Assembly: GCF_000315625.1 (NCBI RefSeq)
Contig: NW_005434575.1
Coordinates: forward strand, 62,902-126,901
DNA from: Guillardia theta CCMP2712
Lineage: Eukaryota; Protista; Cryptophyta
Direction of reading: 5' to 3'
DNA length: 64,000 nucleotides
Shown here: piece by piece, positions 37,129 to 49,700 of the stretch
Position numbering within the stretch: the first letter of the stretch is position 1
Layout of the letters: each line of letters opens with the position of its first letter
The notes under the pieces: model-generated
What the model was told of the DNA's origin: nothing
What the model saw: the letters and a program-made list of their open reading frames with translations, nothing else
Databases searched by the model: none
Program-made: the position numbers and the translations under genes

Positions 37129-38402
37129 GGCAAACTTATGAAAGTGTAATCCCCTACAAACGCTCCGCGCCGCGAATTTATCGGGGGCCAAAGAGATTTA
37201 CAGGAGGACTAGGTCTTTGACTGCTCTCTGATCACCCTGAATAGCAGATTGAGCTTCTGCTCTGTACTAGCGCGCCGTCACCTCAGAGGCCACCCGGAGT
37301 TGCAATGCAAGACAACTTGGATTTGAATGACTCAACTCACAGCAGATGTTCGCAGAAAAGTAACAGTCTTGTTCCAGTATATCTGCTCTCTTCTCCTCCT
37401 CCTCGGCTAATGCTTCGCAGTGCTCATGGCTGGCTAGTCTGGTCCTTCTCTCGATCCGGCATTCCCTCCCCTCGTTTCGCACACCTTATTCGCACGACCC
37501 GATTCCAACTGTCTCCCTCAATTTTGAAATTTGAAGCAAGCTGTTCGAAATTGTGATTTTTCTTTTCAGCGCCCGCAGAGCTCCACAGCTCCACCTCCCG
37601 CATGCAAGCTTGAAGAGTTCCGCCCCCACCAATCCTCTGAGGTGAACCCGGAATGAGGGGCGCGTCTGCAATAGTAAGAGGTTTTGTCCTTCTATATTTG
37701 ATATTAATTATTCTGAGGCGAACTTGAAAGTGATGTAGTACCCAACCTAGGACCCTACCCCTACCCCCTAAGTTGTTCATTTGCCCCCAACTCTTTGCAT
37801 CACGGGCTTTGGCGCCAAATGGCCAATACGATGGGACATGGACAAAACAGTTCGCTCCTCCTCCCCTCTCCTCTCGCCTCGCCTCTTCTTGCCTTCTCTT
37901 TTCGACTTCCGCCCTCTTGCTCTCCTCTCCTCTGATCCACACCTCTCCTCCACTATGCACCCTCTCATCCACTCCTCTACCCTCTCGATCTGGTTGTCTT
38001 CAACCTCTCGTTTGTCTCCCTTCCCTCCCTCACATCCATCTTCTCTCCCACTTTACTTATGTCTTGGCTCGTCTTCTCTTCTTTCGACGTCATATATCCC
38101 CCACATTTCCGCGTCGTCTCATAATCGTAGCTCAGTTCTGTGTATGTGCATGATCGAAGGGTGATGGATCCATTCTTCATTCTGTGGAGATCAAAGGCTG
38201 CACAATGGTGTGTCTCAAAGGAATGTAGGCTCAAATGGAAACCTAGTGATCCTGCAGGAAAGAAGAAGAGATAAAGATTCATGCAAGACGATGTAGATAA
38301 ATATGATCAGAGCAGGGCACACAACTCGTGAACTATTGCGGTTCTTTGTTATTGTTTAACATCTGTGAAACTTGCAGGGCCGGGTAGCTTTATCCGAGCA
38401 AC

Positions 38403-41400
38403 ATGTCCGGCCGAAAGCGAGGCCATGGTGGAAAGTCACAAAATCCTTTGCATACAGGGTAACTTCCTTGGCGATTTCGTTTTATCTTTGACCTCGTATC
38501 TCACAGGAAAAAAAATGGATTTCAGGAAGGAGACGGTGTTGGTGGGATCGGTTTCAGGGGGAAGAACACCTCTTCAAAACACGGTAAATCCAGGAGCAAC
38601 GATCAAGATCAAGGAAAGAAAGATGTGAAGCGTGGTTTTAGTGCCCTTACAAGTGCAAAGAAAGATTATGTGGAGGTAGTCAAAAGGACAAAAGTAGAGG
38701 CTGACGAACAAGATTATGACTTTGGATTCGAAAATTTTACCGAAGGACCGAACAGACTCGGGTGGATGGTTACATATGCACCTGTTACCATATCAGACAG
38801 TGAAACTGGCGCAGAAGTGAGTGGTGTTGATTATTACTTCATCCAGCAAGATGGCTCAAAGTTCAAGGTTTTGTTCAAGTACAACCCCTACTTTTACATT
38901 GCAACGGAGCCTGGATTCGAAAGAGAAATTGAATCCGTTTTGCGCAGAAAGTATGCAGAAGTCCTGGCTGATGTTGTACACAAGCAAATGTGGGACCTGG
39001 ACATGCCAAATCACTTAGCTGGACTCAAACGGAATATGCTGCAATTGAAGTTCAGAAATGTGAAAGATTTGGTTGAAGTGAGGAAGGAACTTTCGAGCAT
39101 GGTTCAGCGTAATGTCGAGCGAAAGAAAGAGAAGGAGAATGGCTCTGTATCTTTCGATGGTCAAACAAATCATTTGTCCAACAGATTGCAGGAAAGTGTT
39201 CTGGACATGATTATTGACATGCGAGAATATGATGTGCCTTATGTCATGCGTGTTGCGATTGATCATGAGTTTTTTGTTGGTCTGTGGTACGAGGTCCAAA
39301 TACAAGAGGGAGTCGTGGACATCATGCCGAGACCTAATCTGACAGAGAAGTGGGGCAGAGCGGAACCCAGAGTTCTGGCATTTGATATTGAAGTGACGAA
39401 AGAGCCTTTGAAATTTCCAGATTCAGAAATTGATACGATTTACATGATTTCATACATGATTGATGGAGAGGGATTTCTCATTGTGAACAGGGAAATTGTG
39501 ACAGAAGACATTGATGATTTTGACTATACTCCCAAAAAAGAATATGAAGGGCCCTTTACCTGCTTCAACGTTCCGAACGAACTTGCATTGTTAAAGCGGT
39601 TCATTGATCACATAAAGGAGGTCAAGCCTCTGATTTTTGTGACATACAACGGAGATTTTTTTGATTTTCCGTTTGTGGACGCACGCATGAAGAAGTATGG
39701 ACTGAATATGGAAGCTGAGATTGGACTTCAAAAGCAGCAAAGTGAAGAATACAGCAGCCGCTTTGCTTGTCATCTCGATGCTTTTCACTGGGTAAATCGT
39801 GATTCGTACCTCCCTCAGGGTAGCCGTGGCTTAAAAGCTGTTACGAAGCACAAACTTGGTTACGATCCTAAAGAAATAGATCCTGAGGACATGTTGCCTT
39901 TTGCACGGGAAAGGCCTCAAGAGATGGCTTCGTACTCAGTATCAGATGCAGTGGCAACTTACTACTTGTACATGCAGTACGTCCATCCATTCATCTTTTC
40001 GCTTTGCAATATCATTCCGATGACACCTGGCGATGTTCTTCGCAAAGGATCTGGAACTCTTTGTGAGACACTGTTGCAGGTAGAAGCATATCGGGGCAAT
40101 ATTGTCTGTCCGAACAAGCACAAGGACGATCCTATGAAGATGTACAAAGGACACTTGATTGAAAGCGAGACATACATTGGTGGGCACGTTGAGGCATTGA
40201 ATTCTGGTGTGTTTCGATCAGACTTCATGTACAAGTTCAACATCGATCCGAAAGCCATAGACGAATTGATTGCGAACATGGATCGTGACCTGCACTTTGC
40301 TATTACTGTGGAAGGTGGCAAGAAATTTGAAGATATCGAAGATTATGACGCTCAAAAGGAGAAGATCGTGAAGATGTTAGAAGCTCTCCGCGAAACACCA
40401 CGTCGCGAAGAGAATCCGTCCATCTACCACTTGGATGTTGCTGCCATGTACCCGAATATCATCCTCACAAACAGGCTGCAACCACCCGCCATGGTCACTC
40501 CACAGACATGTGCAAGTTGTGACTTTTACCATCCAGAGATGAATTGTAGGCGAGAAATGCAATGGCAGTGGAGAGGAGAGATTTTTCCAGCTACAAAGAA
40601 TGAGATTCATCAAGTGACAGGGCAATTGAAGCACGACTCCGAAGATTTTGAAGTCTCCTCGACTGAAGTCAGGAAAAGGGTCAAGGACTATTGTAGCAAA
40701 GTTTACAAGCGCACCCACGATACCCTTACTGAAGTGCGCACAGCATACATCTGCCAGAGAGAAAACAGTTTCTATATTGATACGGTGCGGGCCTTTCGAG
40801 ACAGGAGGTATACGTACAAGGGACTGACAAAGTCCTGGGGTGGAAAATTAAAAGAGGCAGAAAAGTCAGGAGATCCAGCTGCAACCAAAGAGTGCAAGGG
40901 GTTTGTGGTCTTGTATGACTCTCTGCAGCTTGCGCACAAATGCATCTTGAACTCTTTCTATGGCTATGTGATGCGCCGAGGTGCACGTTGGTACTCGATG
41001 GAAATGGCAGGAGTGGTGACTCACAAGGGTGGTAATATCATCCGAGTGGCTCGACAACTGGTTGAACGAATTGGAATTCCTCTGGAATTGGATACCGATG
41101 GTATTTGGTGTTGTCTCCCACAGTCTTTTCCAGACGGAATCGAATTCAAGGTGAAAGGCGAAAAGAAGCCTCTGGTCGTTTCTTATCCCTGCTCTATGTT
41201 GAATGCGCAAACGCACCATGACTGTGTCAATCACCAATACCACACACTCGTCGACGAGGAGAAGCAAAAATACTCTGTCCACAGCGAATGTTCAATTCTA
41301 TTTGAGCTCGATGGTCCATACAAAGCCATGATTTTGCCCGCCGCAAAGGAAGAAGGAAAGAAATTGAAAAAAAGGTGAGCTTCAATTGCTTGCAATGAAT

Positions 41401-44400
41401 CGCTTACTCTGTCCATCAGGTATGCGGTTTTCAATTTTGACGGGTCTCTTGCGGAGCTTAAAGGCTTCGAGTTGAAGAGACGTGGAGAGCTCCAATTGGT
41501 CAAGGTACTCATCATACATGCATTGAATCAATGTTTAGCTTCTGTCCAGGTGTTTCAATCGGAAGTATTCAAGCGTTTCCTTGATGGCACAGATTTGATT
41601 GAGTGCTACAACTCGGTCGCAGCAGTTGCGAATCAATGGCTTGATGTGCTTGTGCGTCAAGACTCTCCTCTTAAATTTTTGTAACTGGCTGGCAGGATAA
41701 CAAGGGAATAGATTTGGAAGATGAAGAGTTGATCGATCTCATCTCTGAGTCCTGCAACATGAGCAAGTCGATGGAGGCCTATGGAGAGCGAAAGTCCATG
41801 GCCATCACAACTGCAAACAGAATCGCAGAATTTTTGGGAGGAGATATGATCAAGGACAAAGGACTTGCTTGCAAATATGTTGTCTCCAGGAACCCAGAAG
41901 GGAGCCCTGTGACTGAACGTGCAATTCCTGTGGAAATTTTCAAGGCCGAACCCCGCATCCAAAATGCGTTTCTCAAAAAATGGTGCAACACTAGCACATT
42001 GGTCGATTCTTCCATAGACGTTCGAAGCATCCTTGATTGGCAGTATGATTTGAAATTTTTGTCTTGATTTCGGCCTGAAACCGACTCGCAGGTATTACAA
42101 AGATCGGTTGGCGTCGTCTATTCAGAAGATCGTTACGATTCCTGCAGCCATGCAGGTATGACAATATTTCATGTCAGGATGACAGCTGATTGTTCTGGCA
42201 GAATGTTGAGAATCCAGTTGGCAGGGTACCACACCCGGATTGGTTGCTGCGAATTGTACGTGAACGAAATGACCGCTTCAAGCAGCAGAAGATTGGCAGC
42301 TTCTTCAAAGTTGACGAAAGTGGCTCCAGCAAAGTTTCAACCGAGCAGTCCAGCGCCATGGAGCACCCTACAGTGATGGACATCGAGGGCACTGTTCAAA
42401 AGAGCAATGGAGCATTTCCGACTGTGGTGCGTCATAAAGGCACCGGCAAGAAGGGGAAGAAGTGTCAACAGTCCATGGAAGCTGAAATTTTTTCTGAAGA
42501 ATCTGTGAAGAGGCAAGAAGAACTCCTCACAAAAATCAAGACCGAAAAGATTACAATGGAGTCTGACTTTGAGACGTGGCATTCATATATGCGAACCTTG
42601 TGGCATATGCAAGTGTTACAAAGGAAGAGAAAGAGATTAGAAGAAGGGGAAGGCTACAACCGAGATCACAAGCTCCCTCGCAAGTTTGTCCCCGCAGGTG
42701 GCATGACAGGCTTTTTCAAGAACCTTCACCACACCATGCTGTCACGTTACTGGGATATCTTAAAGGTACGAATGCATGCTATCTCTAGTGCGACTGATTT
42801 TCTCTAGATTTCGGAGACCAAGACTCCAGGAATCTATGACGTGTGGGCAATCTTGGAAGATGGCTCTATGCAGAAGATTGAGATGGAAGTTCCGAGAATT
42901 TTCTATGTCAATCAACGATTTTCACCTGAGACATCATCGAAGTCAACAAAGAACATCGTTTCGAGAAAATTGCCGTTCGGCAAGAAGTGCTACAATCTTG
43001 AAGAGGTGCAGTCTCATGTTGAGTTTCGTACCTACTCTGATCATCATGACCAGGTGACAATGTCGGAGTACGATTACCAAGAGCACTCGAAGACGATCGC
43101 AACCGAGCACGAAGATCCTACTGTGGAGGGACTTTATGAAACTCAAGTCCCGCTCCTGTATCGGGCCGTGATGTCCATCGGGTGTGTCACCTCAGTGAAT
43201 CGCAGGCCAGGTGGTTTCAGAGAAAGAGTAATCAAAGGCCGCGAGAGGCCGGAGACTATCTCCATGTTGGACCTTAAGTTCGAGTCTACCACAGCCTGCC
43301 CGTACCTTCCCAACAGCAGAATACGGATGAGAAAGTCGTTTCTATATCAGAATTTCAGCGACAATGACGGTGGAGCAAGAGGCTTTGTTGCTTTGTTTGC
43401 TCCACTTGAAGAGCGCAGGTAAGCTTGCATACATTGTAGGAGTTTCATCAGAGTTGATTGCATGTTTCCTAGATGTGTGGTATGGTTGGTCAATCGCAAT
43501 CTCAATGCACAAAGACCTCCTTTGTCCCGATTTTTGAAGGACTTGTGCCAAGAACATGCCAACATCCTAGAAGAGGAGTCGCCAGAACGCTTGGCGATTG
43601 AAAGCTTAGCAAACAGAGAGATTGAGGTACGTTGATATGTTGCTTCCAGTGTCACTCATTCAAAACTTTTCAGTTTGAGATAGAAAATGTTTCAACTCAA
43701 CAGGAGGCTTTCGCTGGCGTCAACGCCATCCTCAAAGAGTTTTTGGATGAATCTCCGAGTGCGCCGACTGTGATTCTAAAGCAAAGCATGAAAAGGTTGA
43801 CTGTTCTCATCTGTTATACGCCCCGGCCCTTACTCGAACCACAGCGTCGAGGAAATCTGCCAAATGGCGCCCATCATGAATGATCTTCCTGTCTTGGAAG
43901 TTCCAGCCTATTCAACCGACAATGAGTATGAACCCCTGGGCTGGGAAACGAAAGCGGGAAAAGCTTTCATAAAGAACCTCATTGAAGTGGATCGATTCTT
44001 CGAGTAATTTGTTCTTTTTGAGGTTATGTCGATGCAGTAACAGCATCATGCAGGTACGTGTTGAAATTTGCCAGGTATTCCCACATTCCCATCTGCAACA
44101 TCTCCTCGAATCACGCAGACATGGCTACAACGGTAATCTTAATCGCTCTGCGGGAAAGGTCTGATGAATTCTCTCAGGTGAGCGACATCCTTTTCGGAAG
44201 GTTATTGAAGAACAACAACTATATCCTATGGGCTTCCCCTGGCTGCCGCCCTGATGTTGGCAGCAGCGAAATGCTCTATGCCTTTGAATGCGACGAGCTC
44301 AAGAATCCAGATGCCAACTTTCCAGGGTCATTTCGGCAGTATTGTGTTACAATGGACTTGGAGCATCTGCCTCTAACCGGTATCAAGCTGATCCCACTGA

Positions 44401-46388
44401 AAGCCTCACTTCTGACTTTCTATCTCAGCAATTGTACATGCTAAGGACCTGGAAGATTCTTCATTCTTGGCAAGTACAGCTCATTCAGACGATTTCAACG
44501 AAACTTTGTCTATGCAAATGGCCACGGGAAATATCCCTCTTGCCTGCACCTTGGTAGATGAGACCACCTTCTGCTTGGAGCCCTTCAAGTTCATCGCATA
44601 CATGGCTGAGAGCTGGGTCAATGACACAATGAAGAATTCCAATCCTCACGCGGATGTTCTGCAGGTGATTATTTATGCATCTTGAATGCGATATACTCAC
44701 TTTCTCTTCTCAGATGCACTTGTATAATTGGATCAACAGTTCTAGCAGTCTGTTCTATGCGCCTGCGATGGTACGATTCGTGCACAGGTTGATGCGAAAG
44801 ACGTATCAGCTCCTCCTGGCAAGAATCAGATCGTTGGGAGCTGAAGTGATTCAGGCACTTTTTCTCTCGTATGATTCCGTCCCCTGACACTCGCTCTTCC
44901 AGGCTAGCTTCCATCAGTTGATTCTTAATCTCAAGAAAACTCAATTCGAGCAAGCACAGGAATACTGCAAATTCCTTGTCAGCGAAATCAATGAGGTACT
45001 TCATATGATCATCACGTTAGATGGCTAACTAGGGATCTGCAAGGTTACCTGCTTTCAATTCATCCGAATGGATCCGCAGATATTTTGGGCGAGGCTGGTG
45101 TACATGGATAGATACAATTTTGCTGGACTGCAGGCAATGCAATCAATACGGTTGATGAACATCTACTGATTATGCTTGTAGGAGCTCGACCCGACATCTC
45201 CTGAGTACGAGGAGGAGAGAGCCGTTCAAGTCGCTTTGCGACCCGAGATCGACCTGACAAAGGAGGGGCTGTTGTTGAGATCGTCTTGGGAAATCGCGGA
45301 CCACTTACCGAGGCGGCACCAGAAGTTGTTTCACGACATGGTGCACGAGTACCTCTGCCTCCCGATGAAGTACCGACTGTCGAACTTCGAGAAGAGCAGC
45401 TCAGATGGTGAGACTCCTCAGACCTCTCAGATCTTCTCGCAAGGGTTCACGCAGAAGAGACGGGCTCTTGGTGAGACCATCAACCATGAGATTCGGTTCA
45501 CCAAAGAACTTTTCACGTCGTCGGGTGAAGACTTTCCAAATCAGATGCGCACTAAGGATGGGGCCCCTCATTTCAGCAAGCGTCTCTTTGAGGAGATGAG
45601 CAAGGAGATCAACGGGATGGGGGAGTATCCCTACAGACCGGGCACTCACCTTGAATTCGGCAGCCCGCAGCTTGAGCTTCTCAAACATCTCTGCCACGTC
45701 TTCAGCTTAGACTCCGACATCTCGTCGGAGGTGGCCTCCATGAAACGTGGGCTTCTTAAACTTCTGCAGGTAAGCAGCAGCGCCTGTAAGGGCGAACTTG
45801 TCTGCTTCTAGTCTTGCATCGTTGTCCATCTGTCAATGACTGACGCTCATGTACAGGTTCGAGAGTTCTCTGTGGAAGCTCAGTTCAAGAATCCTGCTCG
45901 ATCCGTCATCCTCCCTGATCTCTTCTGCTCCTCTGTGCTGTGCTCGGCCTCGCGAGATGTCGATCTCTGCCGGGAACAGGATTTCATTGCTGCCGTTGTC
46001 AACGCGCAGGCTGGGCAAGGCGATGGAGAGTTCCGTTGCCATCAGTGCGACCTGCCCTACGATCGCACTGCCATCGAGTTTCGACTCGTTCAGACTGTCA
46101 GCCAGCTCACCACGAGCTACGCACAGCAGGATCTGCGATGCAACAAGTGCCATCGCGCCGCCTCCCTGATGATGTCCGACTACTGCCAATGCTCGGGCAA
46201 GTTCGAGCATGCGCTGAAGCCCTCGGCGGTGACGGAGAGACTGGAAGCACTTCTTGGGGTGAGCGTGATGCGTCTGTTGGCTTCTGTTGTCGCCCCCTCA
46301 CTGTTGACGTCAGGTGGCGAAATTCTATGGGTTCAAGTGGCTGGAGCAGGAGATCAGCAACCACCTGGAGGTTGAGGCGGAGGAGTAG
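38403..46388 (+). CDS. POLE: DNA polymerase epsilon catalytic subunit A
   Basis: Exo [58 protein letters not shown]...C (CysX) and C-terminal CysA/CysB (QDLRCNKC...CQCSG); first intron 38459-38506. Confidence 0.97.
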
Positions 46389-46483
46389 ACTGTATACACA
46401 TTACACGAGTGAGGTTGTAAACTTTAATCTGACATTAGCCGGTGGGGTATGCAGACTCCTTTGCCCTACCATCTACCTGCAGG

Positions 46484-46572
46484 GTGCCTTACCTCAGCTA
46501 GTTGAGTGCCTTACCTCAGCTAGTTGAGTCTCCTACCTCAGCTAGTCAAGTGCCCTACCTCAGCTAGTCGAG
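46484..46572. repeat. 22-bp tandem minisatellite, 4 copies
   Basis: tgccttacctcagctagttgag and variants. Confidence 0.88.
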
Positions 46573-46777
46573 CTCTGAGTCTTCACTAACCCGTTTTCGG
46601 GCAGTACTTATAAGGCGGATAGAACCAGAATGATGGTAGACCACTCGATCGCCATGCATCCACGTCAGAGGGCAGAGGAAGCATGGAAGGGATGGGGGCG
46701 AGAGGAAGAGGAGGAGGAGGAGAGCTGAGCTTCATGCTGCAGAAGAGAGACCACGATTGAGGTGAGGCGATAGGAGC

Positions 46778-49700
46778 ATGTGGATCTGGGGATCAGGTTC
46801 TGGCAAGGGCGGAGGGGAAGGGGGAGAAGGAGCAAAATCTGGAGACAAAGTGGAAGGAGGAGACAAGAAGACCAAGGAAGATCACTTCAGGCTGGTGCTG
46901 AGAGACCATGCTGACCGAGGCCTCAACTTCACTTGGCGCACAAGCGACCTCGAGAACGCCAGGAAGTCGCTGCATGCCAAACTTGCAAGCCTGGTGACCT
47001 GCCCTCCGGAAGCATCGAGTCCCCTCGGGGCGGATAGCAGTGAGCGAAGAAATGCAGACAGCCCGAGCATGGAGCTTCGGGGTCAAGAGGAGCGGAGGGT
47101 TCCAGTGGAGGCCTATCAGAGTGAGGCAGATCTCCTCAGCAACGTGGTGATGGTCAAGATAGAGAAAGTTGCAACGAGCGACAAGAGTCGTGTGATCAAG
47201 TCGCTGCCTCTTGACACCGCGAGCTTTGACAGCATCACCAGTTTGCGGGTTCTGGGAGCTGAGGTCGACCTGGAGAGCAACGTGAAGCCCTTGGTGCGGA
47301 GCTCGCTGCAGGTTCTCGGCCTCTCGGGGCAGAAGGCTGCCAACGACAAGCTGCTTGACTTCATTCAGCCCGCACTCTCTCCTTCCCTCACCTCCCTCTC
47401 CCTCCGGAGGAATCAGCTCAAGTCCTTCCCCGCCTCCTCCTTCAGCTGCCTGGCGAACCTGCGCGAGCTGGACCTGAGCGACAACTTTCTGCTGGACATC
47501 TCCCCCTCCCTCTTCGTCCAGTGCCCCCGGCTGGAGTCGCTGAACCTGCAGAACAACCCGCGGCTGACGGTGAGGGAGCTCGACTTCCGCGCATGCAAGC
47601 TGCGGACGCTGCTGCTGGGGCTGATCCAGCTGGACTACCTGCCGAGCCTGGCGCACCTCTCGACCCTGACGGAGCTCTCGCTGTTCTCGCTCTACATCAA
47701 GGCCAGGGCGCCGAGGCGGGACCCCCGTCGCTTCTTCGAGGCTCTTGCGGTGCACGTGGAGCTGCTCAAGGCAGGATCGAGTGCCATCAAGCTCTTCCCC
47801 TCTAGCAAGGAGGCTCGGACCGAGCTGCGCTCCTCCCTCGTCCCCGTCCTGCGCTCCTCCTCCTCCTGGCATGCTCTGCTAGGGGCGCTGCTGGCCTGCA
47901 TTGCAAACGAGAAGATGTACCGGGCCCTCATCTCCTCCGACATCGCCGGCACCTCCGGCCTGCATCACCTGCTGGCCATGTGCGAGGGCTCGGAGCCGCT
48001 GGCCCTGGACGCGTGTGTAGCCGTGAGCAAGCTGTGCGACCATGAGGAGCAGGCGATGGAGCTGCTGGAGCTCCAGATCGTCGAGCGATTCTGTGAGGTG
48101 CTGTCCTCCGAGCACAACTCCGTCGCCCTCAAGCTGTTCGTCCTCCTCACCCTCCGGTCCATGGCAGGATGCAGCCAGCAGGTGTGCGGGGCGATGCTGG
48201 CGGACAGCAGAGAGACGAGCAGGAGGCTGCGGTACGAGCACTACGACATGGGGATCAGCTTGCGGTACGACATCGTGTCTCAGACGCTACTCAAGATGCT
48301 CAAGGGGAACGAGGCCGATCGATCCCTTGAGCGCGAGGCCCTCGGCCTGCTGGGCGACCTCGCGTTCCACTCCTCCCACCGCCGGCTCCTGCTGGGCGAC
48401 GCGCGGATGCTCGCGACCGTTCGATCCCTGACGGAGACGGTGAAGGACAAGGTGTATCAGTCTCCTTGCAAGGAGAGAGGAGGAAAGGTGATCCTCCCCT
48501 CCTCCTCCTCCTCCTCCTCCTCCCCTCGTGGGCTGCTCAAGGACTCGTTCGCTTCTTCCCCGTCCAAGGACTTGGGTGACGCCGACGGCGTGCGGTTCTA
48601 CGAGGAAGCGCCGAGCTCTGTGCTCAGCCCGAGAATCTTCAGCCCGATCCCAGCAGAGAAGGAGAAGCACCGGACGCTCTTGCACGGGGAGGGGATGAGA
48701 ATGGAGGCGCCCAGCGAGGAGGCGGTCCTAGCGGCAGCTCTGCGAGTGCTGGCGATCCTGGGAGACAACCAGACGCTGAGCAGAGCGACGAGGCTGTCTC
48801 CCATCGTCGAGCACCGCGGGCTGCGGATCCTCTCGGTTGACGGAGGAGGAGTGAAGGGGATCGCAAGCATCCGCATCCTCCAGCGCCTCGAGCGAGCATG
48901 CGGGCAGCCGCTGTACTCGCTCTTCGACCTGGTGGCTGGCACGAGCGCCGGGGGGATTATCGCATCTGCCATGGGCAACAAGCTCAACATGACGGAAGCT
49001 GAGAAGATCTACCGCGCCATCACTCGCAAGGCCTTCTCCCTCCCCCGCGACAAGGACAAGCTCAACAACTCCCAGGGAGCGCAGCCTGCGGGAGCAGGAG
49101 GAGCAGGAGGACCAGCGGCAGCAGCTGGGGCAGGAGGGGCAGGAGGGATCCAGAATGTGCTGGTGAGGGAGGAGCTGCTGAAGGAAGAGCTGCAGGGAGG
49201 GGAGGGGAGCACGTCGTGGTGGACGAAGCTCGTTCAGAGCGGGTCGAGCATGAGGAGGGTGCTGTTCCAGGGGGCCAAGTACGACGCGGGGCCGCTGATG
49301 CAGGTGCTGCAATCTCAGTTCGGGGAGGCAGTAAGCCGCAGGATGATTGAGGCGAGTCTGGACCCGCACGCGTGCAAGACAGCAGTAGTGTCCACCCTCG
49401 TGTCCGAGCGGCCGATCCGGCCGTACGTGTTCCGCTCCTACCAGCTGCCGCCGGGGATGAAGGAGAGCTTTCCCGGTCGGTCGAGCTCGACGTGGCTGGA
49501 GGCGATGAGAGCGTCGTCGGCTGCCCCCTACTTCTTCGACGAGTTTGTGTCCGACGGGGAGAGGCTGCAGGATGGCGCGATCGTGACCAACAACCCGGCG
49601 GTGGTGGCGGTACACGAGGCGCAGCGACTGTGGCCGGGGAGAGCGATGGAGCTGATGGTGTCGGTGGGGACGGGGAAGGGGCCGCCGGTGAGGAGGGAGG

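Noticed and set aside
37741-37772. Interstitial telomeric repeat
   Set aside because: Only a few degenerate cccta units, with no regular tandem array
37200-38400. Short ORFs between rps7 and POLE
   Set aside because: Low-complexity translations with no family signal; likely a divergent promoter/UTR region, although a small spliced gene cannot be excluded
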